The position numbers were made by a program, and so were the translations under genes. Below, one piece after another: positions 1 to 10,734 of a DNA stretch of 64,000 nucleotides; position 1 is the first letter of the stretch; every line of letters starts with the position of its first letter. This DNA is from an uncultured cyanobacterium (lineage in GTDB: Bacteria > Cyanobacteriota > Cyanobacteriia > Cyanobacteriales > Microcystaceae): the NCBI GenBank assembly GCA_963807635.1, contig CAWEDJ010000040.1, forward strand, positions 1 to 64,000. The letters are read 5' to 3'. A model generated the notes under the pieces. The model made no database searches. It saw only the letters and a program-made list of their open reading frames with translations, and had not been told where the DNA came from.

Positions 1-180
1 AAGCAGGTTTTTATATTTGGTTCACATTTAGACTACATTTTTCAACGAACTCTAATGCGTGAAAGGCTTGTCTTATAAGAACTTCGATAACTAAAGATGT
101 TATCTCAATCCTTTGATTGTTAAACCAAATTTAAAATATTGATTTTTACCGCTAAGGGGCCGCGCAGTACTGAAAAAAAA

Positions 181-398
181 GTGGATTCCTCCTTGATCGG
201 AGGTGATTTAGTAGCCATAACTGTGGTAAACCCACACCACTTAATGCTGGGTGCAACCTTATTCCCGTCCGAAAACAGCAGCTTCAGGGTGTACAGCTAC
301 TAGGGTCAGAAAGCAAAACTGTCTTCCAACAGTCAAACTAACCCGTTTCTCACCGATCAGAGGTTTACGAAGAAACATGACCGATGGTGCTTTTAATT
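181..398 (-). ncRNA. Type V-K CAST tracrRNA (ends approximate)
   Basis: Minus strand carries blocks typical of V-K tracrRNAs: GGGTTAGTTTGACTGT..ACAGT, GCTTTCTGACCCTAGTAGCTG, CACCCTGAAGCTGCTG, CCCAGCA, GGCTACTAAATCACCTCCGATCAAGGAGGAATCC followed by a T-run. Directly downstream of cas12k. Confidence 0.88.
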
Positions 399-404
399 AA
401 TTCT

Positions 405-433
405 ATTATATTGTCAAGGTTCAGTGTTGTAAC
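405..433 (-). promoter_or_regulatory. Putative tracrRNA promoter
   Basis: CACTGAACCTTGACAA-TATAAT on the minus strand between the cas12k stop and the tracrRNA; perfect -10 TATAAT at 410-405. Confidence 0.55.
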
Positions 434-437
434 ATTT

Positions 438-2339
438 TCATGAATGAATTCGGGCATGGTAGGCCGCGATCGCCATTACCTTTGCCTCTTCTTGGGGACT
501 ACCGCGAATCACTTGCTTTTCCTCTTCAATGACGATGCCGAATTTAGTAGCTTGGGCAGTAATATTTTGGATTAATCTGCCATAGCTCCATTTGTGGATA
601 TTCATTCGATATTCTTTGGCATAAGCTTTTTGAGCTTCGATGGAACCAGCAATTTTTTCTTCTGCTCTGACTTGGATTTCTGATTGAACAATTTCTCGAA
701 TATTAGTTAATTTGGGTACAACAATGCTTCCCGCATGATAAACCTGAGCTAACTGAACAATAGCTTGGGCTAAAAGGCGATCTATCTGTTGACCTAACTC
801 TGACTCGCCAAACTGAGAAGAGGCTCCTTTCCTTTGAGCTTTATGGCGATCATGCGTATGAGCTTGCTTCTGTTGTCTTTGAAGATTCAGTAAATTATAA
901 TTTTTCCCCAGTAATTGTTTGATACTCCGATAGGCGATCGCTTTCCCTGTGATGCCATCGACTAGGGCAACTGTTGCAGGTTTTTCTAAACCAAAGGCGA
1001 CTCCAAGCAGAATATGGGAATGTCCTTGATACAAAGGCTGACTCGGACGAGGAAAGGGATTCGCCATTCGGGTCAATGTCGAGTTTTTTCGTTGAACAAA
1101 GGATTGTTGTTGTTCGCTTAAATCTCCTTTTTCTTTCATTGTGGTGAGTATTTTAGCCACCTCACCCGCTTTTTCCTGACGCACTAAATCCGTTCCTTCT
1201 GCACTCCAGAAACGGGTATCGAGGGTACAATAAAGGGCTAAATGATGAAGATTCCAAGGATCTCCTTTCCCATTTCCCTCTTGCCATCCAATTCGTCCAG
1301 AACGGAGAGTAAATAAGGCACTGGAATGTTGATTTTTGCCCTCTCTTTTGATTTGCTGATCTTCAAGAAAACGATTAAACCACTTCAGTTGGCGTTGATC
1401 ACAATAGATCTCAAAAAAATGCTCGCTTAATCCATTGAAATGAACACAGAGGCGACCTTTCTCGTTTTTACTCCAAATTAGGTCTTCATTGGTTACAAAA
1501 TCTATGGGATAAGGAAGGACTTGGGAACGAGTCAGCAGTTTATCTTGCCAGGAACGAACTTGATTAGTGTCGGTAGTGGCTGTTTTACAAGCCACAATCA
1601 ATGTTTCTAGCCACTGTTGCCCCGTTAAATCCCTCCCTTGAGGAAGGCTGCCTTCGAGTTGATCGGTAAGACGTTGAGTTTTGATTTCTGCTTTACGACG
1701 ACGTTGCCTGAATTTTTTACTATCCTCTTTCTGGCTAGGTAATTTACAACCATTTTTTAACAAATAGGCGATCGCGGAACGAATTTGTACGTCTTCTGTT
1801 TTACGGTAAGCATCGAACAATAATTGAGATAAAGAGAGGTTTTCTTTACTTTCCCCCTTTTTCTTGGCTTTATTTACCTTCTTAATCGGCAGAGCTTCAG
1901 CTTGCGGTGTTAAGTTCGTCAAGATGTTCGAGGCTTTAGCCTGAATTTCCTCGAAGCTTAAATTACTGAGTTGGATCAATTCTTCATCACTTTTGAGAAT
2001 TTCCAACCATTTTTTTTGCCCATCCACTTGAGATTGCAAGCGTCTCTGAATTTTAAGCCACGATTTGAAGATATATTCAACTAGATTAGTGGCTGAGGTA
2101 TAAAATCTTGCGGGTTGACCGATAAAACGAGGATCTGCCTTTAGAGATTTTCCTAATGTAGTAATAATTCCTGCTTTGGGCTTGCCAACTTGCCGCCACT
2201 GTTCAAAGTCGGGATGTTCTCTCACCTGGGCTAAAAGCTCATTGATAAACGGGGTGTTCAGTTTGGTCATCAAGTCCCAAAGATATTGACGGGAGGCTTC
2301 TTGTGCAATGAGGCGACAGTGGATTGTAACTTGGCTCAT
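438..2339 (-). CDS. cas12k: Type V-K CRISPR effector Cas12k (C2c5)
   Basis: ~633 aa; N-terminus MSQVTIHCRL..LMTKLNTPFINELL; PFPRPSQPLYQG; degenerate RuvC-I (LLGVAFGLEKPATVA, catalytic Asp absent); HKWSYGRLI. Start taken at ATG 2339. Confidence 0.95.
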   Translation of the reverse strand: MSQVTIHCRLIAQEASRQYLWDLMTKLNTPFINELLAQVREHPDFEQWRQVGKPKAGIITTLGKSLKADPRFIGQPARFYTSATNLVEYIFKSWLKIQRRLQSQVDGQKKWLEILKSDEELIQLSNLSFEEIQAKASNILTNLTPQAEALPIKKVNKAKKKGESKENLSLSQLLFDAYRKTEDVQIRSAIAYLLKNGCKLPSQKEDSKKFRQRRRKAEIKTQRLTDQLEGSLPQGRDLTGQQWLETLIVACKTATTDTNQVRSWQDKLLTRSQVLPYPIDFVTNEDLIWSKNEKGRLCVHFNGLSEHFFEIYCDQRQLKWFNRFLEDQQIKREGKNQHSSALFTLRSGRIGWQEGNGKGDPWNLHHLALYCTLDTRFWSAEGTDLVRQEKAGEVAKILTTMKEKGDLSEQQQSFVQRKNSTLTRMANPFPRPSQPLYQGHSHILLGVAFGLEKPATVALVDGITGKAIAYRSIKQLLGKNYNLLNLQRQQKQAHTHDRHKAQRKGASSQFGESELGQQIDRLLAQAIVQLAQVYHAGSIVVPKLTNIREIVQSEIQVRAEEKIAGSIEAQKAYAKEYRMNIHKWSYGRLIQNITAQATKFGIVIEEEKQVIRGSPQEEAKVMAIAAYHARIHS

Positions 2340-2345
2340 TTTTTG

Positions 2346-2398
2346 AACAAAATTGTTTAATACAAACACAAGTGTATTTTAGCATTCTTTTATAAGAT
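2346..2398. promoter_or_regulatory. Divergent cas12k/cvkR promoter region with candidate CvkR operator
   Basis: Palindromes AACAA-AA-TTGTT (2346-2357) and ACAC-AA-GTGT (2366-2375); TAAGAT -10-like hexamer 7 nt before the cvkR ATG. Confidence 0.4.
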
Positions 2399-2405
2399 CG
2401 GCTAT

Positions 2406-2858
2406 ATGGAAAAAAGTTTTTTTAGCAGCAAGGAAGCCGCGATTTTAACGGAATGTACTTTGCGCCAGTTGCAATATTGGCGTGAAAGTGAAGTTATTGT
2501 GCCAGCAGTTGGTGCAACAGGGACGGGAAAGAGTATTTATTACTCCTATCGTGAGTTGGTTGAGTTGGCATTGATGAGATATGTATTATTTCTAGGGTTG
2601 AGCTTTGATGTGGCACGAAATATTTTGCGATCGCTCAAGGAAAAGGTTCCAGAATATGCAAATCCTGACATAAAGGTACGATTAATGTTAATTTGGGACA
2701 GTGGTTCGGGAATATTGGACTTGATAGAATTTGAACGTGAACAGGCGATCGCGTTTCTAGATAACGGTCAGCCGATTATTCCATTGTGGTTGGATCTTAT
2801 CCATCAGAAATTACAGCAGCAATTGATAGAAAAAGATTCGGTTATGTCTAATAAATAG
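2406..2858 (+). CDS. cvkR: MerR-type CAST repressor CvkR
   Basis: FFSSKEAAILTECTLRQLQYWRE MerR HTH; divergent from cas12k, the usual V-K arrangement. Confidence 0.85.
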   Translation: MEKSFFSSKEAAILTECTLRQLQYWRESEVIVPAVGATGTGKSIYYSYRELVELALMRYVLFLGLSFDVARNILRSLKEKVPEYANPDIKVRLMLIWDSGSGILDLIEFEREQAIAFLDNGQPIIPLWLDLIHQKLQQQLIEKDSVMSNK

Positions 2859-2908
2859 TAAATAGTCCAAAAATCCATTGTTTGGAGAATCAAAAGTAGG
2901 TTGGTAGC

Positions 2909-5117
2909 TTGAGTAACGAAACAGATGCCCGAATCATTATTGATGACCAATTGCGTCAAGCAGGGTGGAATCCTGCCGACAAGACTCATGTTCTAACTGA
3001 AGTCAAGACAGACAGGGGTAAACCTGACTATGTTTTGCTGGATCAAAGAGGGCGATCGCTGGCCGTTATTGAAGCAAAAAAAGATGCGATTGATCCCTAT
3101 ACAGCAAAACAGCAAGCTCTACCCTATGCCCAAAGTTTAAAGGCTCCCTTTATTTTCTTGACCAATGGAGAACTGATTTATTTTTGGGATTATCTCAATG
3201 ACGATGCTCGGCTCGTTAACTCTTTCTTTTCGCGGCGAGACCTAGAGCGTTTGGTAGAAATGCGCTCAAATAGTAAGCCCTTAGCCACGATCGCCATTCC
3301 TGAATACTACCTAAGACAAGGGGAAACCCGTGAAGTCCGTCCCTACCAACAGGAAGCAATGCGGGCAATGGATCATGCTCTTGAGTTGGGTAAACGGCGT
3401 TTTTTGATTGAATTGCCAACGGGAACAGGAAAAACTGACCTCATTTGTTTACAGATCAAACGGTTGATTGATGCGGGTATTGCGGAAAAAATTCTGTTTT
3501 TAGTGGATCGGGAACAACTGGCCAAACAGGCGAGGGAATCTATCACAGATATTCTGCTGCAATACGATAGCTATTGGTTAAAGCCAGGAATTGTGCGGCA
3601 AGAAAAACAAATCACGATCGCCCTCTTGCAGACAATGATTGGGCGTTATCCCGAATTTACCAGTGGTTATTTTGACATTGTGATTGCTGATGAATGTCAC
3701 CGTTCTATTTATGGGGTTTGGCAAACGGCCCCTCACCTACTTTGATGCGTTTCATTTGGGCTTGACAGCAACTCCCGCAGGCTACATTGACCGCAATACC
3801 TTTAATTTTTATCAATGTCGCAATGAACAGCCCGATTTTTCCTATCCCATCCAGGATGCCTTTAAAAGTGAGTATTTAGTCCGCTATACCTTTGCCAAGG
3901 GGATCACCGAAATTTTGGCTGACGGGGCAGAGAAAGATGGTGTGCAGTATGATCCAGCGCCTTTGAGCGCAAATGGACGAATGAAGATACCAATCGCTTG
4001 ATGATGGAGGAATTTGATCGGTTGGCTTGGGGCAATTATTTGGAATTAGCTCCTGACCAGAAAATTGGCCCTGGTAAATCCATTGTTTTTGCCATCACGA
4101 AAAGTCATGCGGCCCGATTAACCCGTTATCTGAATGAACTCCATCCCGAATGTAAAGGGAAATATGCCGAGGTGATCACGAGTGATGCTGGCCAATGCCG
4201 ATGACTTAATTCGTCGCTTCAAGTACGAGGATTATCCCCAGGTCGCGGTCAGTGTGGATATGCTCAGTACGGGTTTTGATTGTCGGGAAGTGTTGCATTT
4301 GGTCATGTGTTGTCGCATTCGTAGCCCGATTTTATATCAACAAGTGCGGGGACGGGGAACGAGGGTCGCGCCTCACATCGGTAAACAGCGATTCATGATC
4401 TATGACTTTTTTCGTAATCACCAACATTTCAACGATAGCGATGAGGATTTTTTTGCTGGTACGGGAAGAGGTAGCAGTTCGGGCGGTTCAGGTGGTGGCC
4501 CCCGTTCTCCCAGAGAATTAATCGAATTGGGAATCGGCGATCGCTGGAAGGAGGCTGTGCAGTATGTAGAAATCGGTAATGAGGGGGAACAACTCGATAA
4601 ACGTCGCTATGTCACTATTTGGAAAGAAACCATCAATAATCAGGTATCAGAGGATTTAATTTTACAGAAAATTCGACTAGGTGAGTTCTTAACGGAAGAA
4701 GAAGAAAATCAAATAGAGCAGCAGCTTAACCAACCCAAATATTATTTCAATGAGGAGAATTTGCGCCGAGCTTACAACAATCCGCAGAGTAATCTGATTG
4801 ATTTTATTAAAGCCGCTCTGAAACTGATTAAGATTAAGAGTATTGCTGAACAAAAAGAAGAAAATTTTAGGGCATGGCTGATTATATAATCTTTTACGCC
4901 AGAACAAGCCAAATATCTGTCCTTGCTCAAGAATCGAGGTATCGCTAAAGGAAAACTGAGTCTCGAAGATCTTTTTCAGCCGCCCTTATCCGTTTTGAAT
5001 GCGGCAGGCTTAGGGATAGAATTGTTTGGAGAGCAGGGATTGAAGGATCTGTTCGATGACTTAAATCGTTCCGTTTTTCTCAACGACGCAACGGAAATGG
5101 CTAAGGAAGCAGTATAA
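2909..5117 (+). pseudogene. hsdR: Type I restriction enzyme R subunit, split into ~5 ORFs by frameshifts (possibly sequencing indels); CAST cargo
   Basis: PDYVL..VIEAKK nuclease motif, PTGTGKT Walker A, DECH box, LGLTATP, MLSTGFD, QVRGRGTR across successive frames. Confidence 0.85.
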
Positions 5118-5122
5118 AACTC

Positions 5123-6107
5123 ATGGATCAAGATTTACGGCGCAAACTCGACGGTCTCACGGACACTCTCTGGGCAGGAGGGATTACCAATCCTGTTACC
5201 TACATCGAGCAAATTTCCTATCTAATTTATCTAAAATTGTTGGATGAGGAGGAGTCCCAGCGAGAATTACGCGCTCGTCTCACAGGGAAAGATGATGATA
5301 CAAAATTATTGTTTCCTCAACAAGCAGAACGCTATCGGTGGTCAAAATGGCGATTTAAAAGCGGAATGGATCTGAGGGATTTTCTGCGGGATGAGGTGTT
5401 TCCCTACATGGCTAATTCCCTGATTAAAGATGCGCCCAAGGTAGCGGATTATTTTCGGGATGCGGTACTAGAGATTAATGATCCGAATGTACTAAAAACG
5501 GTGATTGATAAGTTGGATGCCCTCGAACTCAGTAAGTTGGGGCAAGACATTAAGGGGGAAATTTTTGAGTATTTACTGACTCATTTAGGACAATCGGCAT
5601 TAAATGGTCAATTTCGCACTCCTCGTCAGATTCTCTCTTTCATGGTGGAGATGGTTGATCCAGAGTTTGGGGATAGCATCTGTGACCCTGCGATGGGGAC
5701 AGGGGGCTTTTTAATTGATTCCTTGGATTATATTTTGGCAAAATATAGTGAAAATCCCGTTGAGATTCCCATTTATGGAGAGGATTGGCTGGATAAGCGG
5801 GGTCAAAGTCTGGCAGAGGCGAAAAAAGAATTACCGAATTTACAAACCTATCGCAAAGGGATTAGGGACAAGTTACCAGATTGGAAGCTGTTGGAATCTT
5901 CTATTTATGGCTTTGATGTATCGCGGCAAATGTTACGCATTGCGATGATGAATTTGGTTCTCCATGAGGCGAAGAATGCCAAAATCAAGCTGGCCAATGT
6001 TTTATCTGATCTGGGGGGATTGAGTGAGGATGATTTGCGTCGTCGCTATAAGGTGATGTTGGCAAATCCACCGTTTGCGGGAACATTGCCCAAGGATTCG
6101 ATTCGAG
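5123..6107 (+). pseudogene. hsdM: Type I R-M N6-adenine methyltransferase M subunit, 3'-truncated by a mobile element
   Basis: GQFRTP, DPAMGTGGF (SAM motif I), NPPF (motif IV). The ORF runs into an inverted-repeat element at 6108. No C-terminus and no hsdS follow. Confidence 0.85.
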
Positions 6108-6457
6108 CCCACGTTCCGCAGGTGCAAAAGAACTTTTAAACAATTTTAAAATCCTTACAGAACAAGGGTTGTGCGAATTACTGTCTTATTCATGGGCTTA
6201 TACTAAACCGAAAAATAGGCTTATCGTGATAGTGAATCCAGCAAGTATCTTTTTTCTGATGACGAATGCTCTCATTTTGTTTGATGAAAAAATTAACAGT
6301 AGAGAGAAATATTTCTAGCCGAAAAGTCTTCAAAGCTTTATCACATAGGAAACGCAGCTTTTTCAGAAGTATTCCTGACCCAACAAACTAATCTACGGAA
6401 AGAAAAAGTAGTACAAATGTATTATCTTGTTCCTTGAGTCAACCTGCGGAATGTGGG
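6108..6457. mobile_element. 350-bp non-autonomous element (MITE or internally deleted IS1634-like)
   Basis: 16-bp TIRs CCCACGTTCCGCAGGT (6108-6123) and ACCTGCGGAATGTGGG (6442-6457), one mismatch; no transposase; no matching TSD. Confidence 0.7.
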
Positions 6458-6460
6458 TTA

Positions 6461-7409
6461 TAGTCATTTTAGATAAGGATGAGACAATAAAAAAATGATG
6501 TATACTGGTTAAAAAACATAAAAGGATTGAAAAATATGCCTTACAGTCTAGACTTAAGAAAAAGAGTGATAGATTTTGTGGAAAAAGGAGGAAGTGCAAC
6601 CCATGCAGCAAAAATCTATCAGGTAGGCAGGGCAACAATATATCGGTGGTTGGGAAGAGAAAATCTAGCACCAACAATAGTAGAACATCGTAATCGAAAA
6701 TTAGATTGGAAAGCGTTAGAAAAAGATGTAAAAGAAAATCCCAATGACAGATTAGTAACGAGAGCAAAAAAGTTCGGAGTGCATTTAAGTGCAATATCCT
6801 ATGCATTAAAAAAGATGGAAATCACCAGAAAAAAAAAGAATTACGTTACCAAGAAAGAAATAGAGAAGAGCGTATCAAGTATTATAGAATGCTGAGAGAA
6901 CTGATTAAGATATACGGAAGTGGAAGTCTAGTATTTATAGATGAATCAGGATTTGAAGAATTTCAAGCTATTTTGTACGCTTGGTCAAAAAAAGGCAAGA
7001 AAATCTATGGAGAAAAGCAAGGAAAGAGAGGAAAGAGAGAAAATTTAGTAGCGGGAAGAAGAAAAGGGAAAAAAGATTTTATTGCACCAATGATATTTGA
7101 AGGAAGTTTAGATGCGTCGGGTTTTGAAGGTTGGTTAAGTCTATTTCTGCTACCTTCACTAGCTATACCATCAATACTAATTATGGATAATGCCCCGATT
7201 CATCGAAAGACGGTGATCAGACAGTTAGTAGAAGAAGCAGGGCATAACATCATATTTCTTCCCAAATATTCTCCTGATTTAAACGATATTGAACATGATT
7301 TTGGTGCGCTAAAACGAGCGAGGATGTATGCTGACCCTGGCACATCTCTCGACGAAATTATCCGTCAATACTGTACCGCATAGTGTCTCATTCTTATTTA
7401 AAATGACTA
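6461..7409 (+). mobile_element. IS630-family element
   Basis: 26-bp TIRs TAGTCATTTTAgATAAGgATGAGACA / TGTCTCATTCTTATTTAAAATGACTA with TA on both sides. Confidence 0.9.
6527..7383 (+). CDS. IS630 transposase, two ORFs joined by a frameshift at an A-run (~6830)
   Basis: YSLDLRKRV HTH N-terminus; FIDESG, MDNAPIH, LPKYSPDLNDIE DDE motifs. Confidence 0.9.
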
Positions 7410-7551
7410 TATATGCTATTTAAATGACTAATAGCTTAGGAGAATTTCAAATATTGAAACATTTACAAGAGAAAAAAGAAGAAATTGAGGAGATTAAGTT
7501 TGTTAATTGTACTCATTAATCTTTCTGCCCTGCTTCAGCATATTTTAGATT

Positions 7552-8219
7552 TTAAGCCATTTTATTTAAAATATCCTGAGCAGTTTGGGCAACTTGTTCA
7601 AAGGGATCTTGGGCTAATTCTGTTAACACCTTTTCTACCTTGTCTTTCTCAAATTGTCCTAACGCGATCGCCAATCGAAAACGAACTTGCCAATCTTCAT
7701 CTTTCGCTAAAGGTAATAACAAAGGAATCGCCTCAGAAATTTGTAAATCCCCTAAAGCACTAATGGCCGCCGTCCGAATTAAACTATTTTCTGAATTTAA
7801 AGCAATTTTGAGTAAATCAAAACCCCTGGCATCGCCCATTTTCCCAAAGTTGCGATAATACTCATCTGCAACAGCCACTCTGGAGTCGTTTCATAAACTT
7901 TTTGTAAATCTTCATAGGCTTCCGTGAGCTTTAGCCCCCCAATCACATCGGCGGCAACGGATTTGACATCAACTTCTGGATCATTAAAAAGGCGATCGCG
8001 CAGTAAAACCAAGGCTTCCGAGGGATTTTCCTGACCTAAAGGATCGAGTTGACCAACGGCGGCGTAGCGAATTCGGGGATTAGAATCATTAATGAGGGGT
8101 TTCACCATCTCAAACGCCAATTTAGGCTCGATTTGTCTGAGTTGATTGAGACCACGCACGCGATCGCTGAAGGAATCAGAACTGAGTAATTGTTGAACGG
8201 ATTCAGGGGTAACACTCAT
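7552..8219 (-). CDS. nblB: NblB-like HEAT-repeat phycobilisome degradation protein (apparent frameshift ~7845)
   Basis: MSVTPESVQQLLSS..DRVRGLNQLRQ; HEAT repeats; the two ORFs join by one base. Confidence 0.75.
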
Positions 8220-8434
8220 TTTTGATAAAATCTTAAAAATAAATATTGCCTATTGTCCCATTCAGACAGCCCAGAAAAACGCTTCGTAACTGAATATTAA
8301 GATTTAAGCCCGAAGTCGCATTTTTATTAATGACACCAATAATCAGTATTTTGCAATTTAATACATCACAAGAAAACCAAGCCTCGACGCTCAATTAAAA
8401 GTGCTTAACAAGTGCTTGACCGAAAAAATTGAGA

Positions 8435-9514
8435 TTAATCATCCATCTGCCAGGGTTCTAACAGATTATTCTCATCAAAAATCCGTTTAGGTCGCAATAC
8501 CACGATCGCCTGACCGATAATTTCGACCGTCGGAGCGGACTCAAACCAATCGACCTTGACGTTTTCTCCTTCCTCTACCAAGAAAAATCCATCTTCATCC
8601 CATTCCTTGGCCGCCCGATCAATGACGACGAGAACAGTTTCATTTTTGTTGGTTAATGCGTCCGATAATTCGCCACTTTGACAGAAAAATGCGATGGGAT
8701 CAACCGCTTTTAGGACAATTTGCCAGCCAGGAAGCGGCACGACCGCTCCAGAGCCTGAATATTCCACCATGCCAAAGGGTTCAATAATATTTACTGCTTG
8801 AACCGCATTAATTTTCTCACGGGTTAGGGGCCAAGTTCCCGCGACAGGAACCAATCGCGACAGCTCCTCATCATTTTCGACACGATGGAGGGGAATCAAT
8901 GGAGCCTTACGGGTTGGAGTGACGGACAAATCGCTCAATAATTGTTCGATCGCCGTTCTAGCAGAGGGAGAATGGGCAAATTTTAAACCCTTCGCAATCA
9001 AACGAGTTCGGGTTTGCAGGTTTTTAGTTTGTCGGGCAGATTTCCAACATTGATAGGCGATCGCATCTCCAGGATGGTCGGTAAATCCAGAGGGTAACTG
9101 GGAAAAACGAGTAAATTCCTGAATGGCTTTGGCTAATTCCTTGGCGACCTCATTATCTAGGTTTTTCTCATAGGCCGTTTCGGCGGCGGCGGCACGTCTT
9201 TTGTGATTGAGGACGCGAAATTCATACAGTACATCACTTTTCGGGCCAAGAAAATAGTTTAAAATCGTTTCTGACACATTAGAATTCACTAAACTTTCAT
9301 AGACCTGGGAAGCAACAATAATTAAATTTTGCTGTACCTTCTGGAATCCTGTTTTTTCAAAGATTATTTCGGCAGAATAACCCGCTTTTTGGAGTTTTTG
9401 GCAACCTTTTCCCCATTCTACCCAGTTTCCTTCTTTGTGCAGTAGCGATCGCATTAATTCAGTAGCGACTTCTTCGGAGAGGACTTGCTGGGATTCGGGG
9501 AGATGCTCGTTCAT
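8435..9514 (-). CDS. raf1: RuBisCO accumulation factor 1
   Basis: LLHKEGNWVEWG..QNLIIVASQVY; C-terminus LRPKRIFDE..WQMDD. Confidence 0.92.
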   Translation of the reverse strand: MNEHLPESQQVLSEEVATELMRSLLHKEGNWVEWGKGCQKLQKAGYSAEIIFEKTGFQKVQQNLIIVASQVYESLVNSNVSETILNYFLGPKSDVLYEFRVLNHKRRAAAAETAYEKNLDNEVAKELAKAIQEFTRFSQLPSGFTDHPGDAIAYQCWKSARQTKNLQTRTRLIAKGLKFAHSPSARTAIEQLLSDLSVTPTRKAPLIPLHRVENDEELSRLVPVAGTWPLTREKINAVQAVNIIEPFGMVEYSGSGAVVPLPGWQIVLKAVDPIAFFCQSGELSDALTNKNETVLVVIDRAAKEWDEDGFFLVEEGENVKVDWFESAPTVEIIGQAIVVLRPKRIFDENNLLEPWQMDD

Positions 9515-9707
9515 GGAAAGAAATAACGGGGGGATTTCAGAAAAAAGCTTAACTAGCTCAACTTCAATTGTGCCATGATTCAGTAGCTCTCTTTCTGCAA
9601 TTTCTACCTCAAAAGCAAGTGTTAATAAAAGTTTGTAGAAATCTTACCCAAAATAGATACAACTCTTTACGAATTCAGGAGTTTCGTAAAACTTTGCAAA
9701 CACGTTC

Positions 9708-10631
9708 TTAATTCGCTGAAAGAATCTTAGTTAATGAAGACTTTAAATTAGGATACTGAAACTCAAAACCCGTTGATTGGGTTGCCTTGGGTAAAACTTC
9801 TTGTCCTTCTAAAACTACCTGGGCCGCTTCACCCAGCAGAAGTTCGATCGCAAAATCGGGAACGGGTAGCCAAGAAGGACGATTTAGAACACTGCCTAAG
9901 GTTTGACAAAGTTCGTTCATGCGGACGGGATTTGGAGAAGTCGCATTAAAAGTTCCCTCCATATTCGATTGTTTCAAAGCAAAAATAATCAAATTAACCA
10001 AATCATCCCGATCAATCCAGGAAAACCACTGACGACCATTGCCAATGGGGCCACCTGCAAACAGTTGAAAAGGCGGGATCATTTTGGCTAACGCTCCACC
10101 GTTACCAAGAACAATCCCGAAACGCAAAATGACGGAACGCACATTCAAGGCTTTAACCTTTTTTGCTTCTGCTTCCCATTCTTGGCAAACCTGAGCTAAA
10201 AAATCTTTGCCTGAAGGACTACTCTCTGTAAAAGTTTCCGTTTCACTAGAGCCGTAATAACCGATCGCCGACGCATTAATTAATACTGTCGGTTTAGATT
10301 CTGCTTGACTAATGGCTTCTACAATTTTTTGAGTGCCTAACTTACGACTTTCTAAAATCGCTTTTTTATATTCGGGTGTCCATCTTTCGGCGATCGCTTC
10401 TCCTGCTAAATTGATAACAGCATCACAACCAGAAATCGCTTTTTGCCACTCCCCCGATTGGGTCGCGTCATAGGCAACGACTTGGAGATTAGGATAGGCA
10501 GACATCGGGAAGAGACGTTGTGCTTTTTGAGGATTACGAGCCAAAATCACTAGGGAATGATTTTCACTGTTTAATTCTGCTACTAATTCTGTTCCGACGA
10601 ACCCCGTCGCACCTGCAATTGCAATTTTCAT
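9708..10631 (-). CDS. thyD: TIGR01777-family epimerase (SulA-like/ThyD)
   Basis: [34 protein letters not shown]. Confidence 0.85.
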   Translation of the reverse strand: MKIAIAGATGFVGTELVAELNSENHSLVILARNPQKAQRLFPMSAYPNLQVVAYDATQSGEWQKAISGCDAVINLAGEAIAERWTPEYKKAILESRKLGTQKIVEAISQAESKPTVLINASAIGYYGSSETETFTESSPSGKDFLAQVCQEWEAEAKKVKALNVRSVILRFGIVLGNGGALAKMIPPFQLFAGGPIGNGRQWFSWIDRDDLVNLIIFALKQSNMEGTFNATSPNPVRMNELCQTLGSVLNRPSWLPVPDFAIELLLGEAAQVVLEGQEVLPKATQSTGFEFQYPNLKSSLTKILSAN

Positions 10632-10734
10632 GAAAGATATTACCCGATTGTTTGATTGATTTTATGATAAAAAATAGCTGAAAATACTGATTTTAGTTAG
10701 GGATAAAGTTATCTAAAATCAGCTTGAAAAAAGA

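Noticed and set aside
1..180. CRISPR array expected next to the tracrRNA
   Set aside because: No repeat-spacer units are visible; only leader-like sequence lies inside the window.
438..2369. TnpB/IS605 nuclease or an active Cas12 nuclease
   Set aside because: Size, missing RuvC-I Asp, tracrRNA and MerR context all point to Cas12k.
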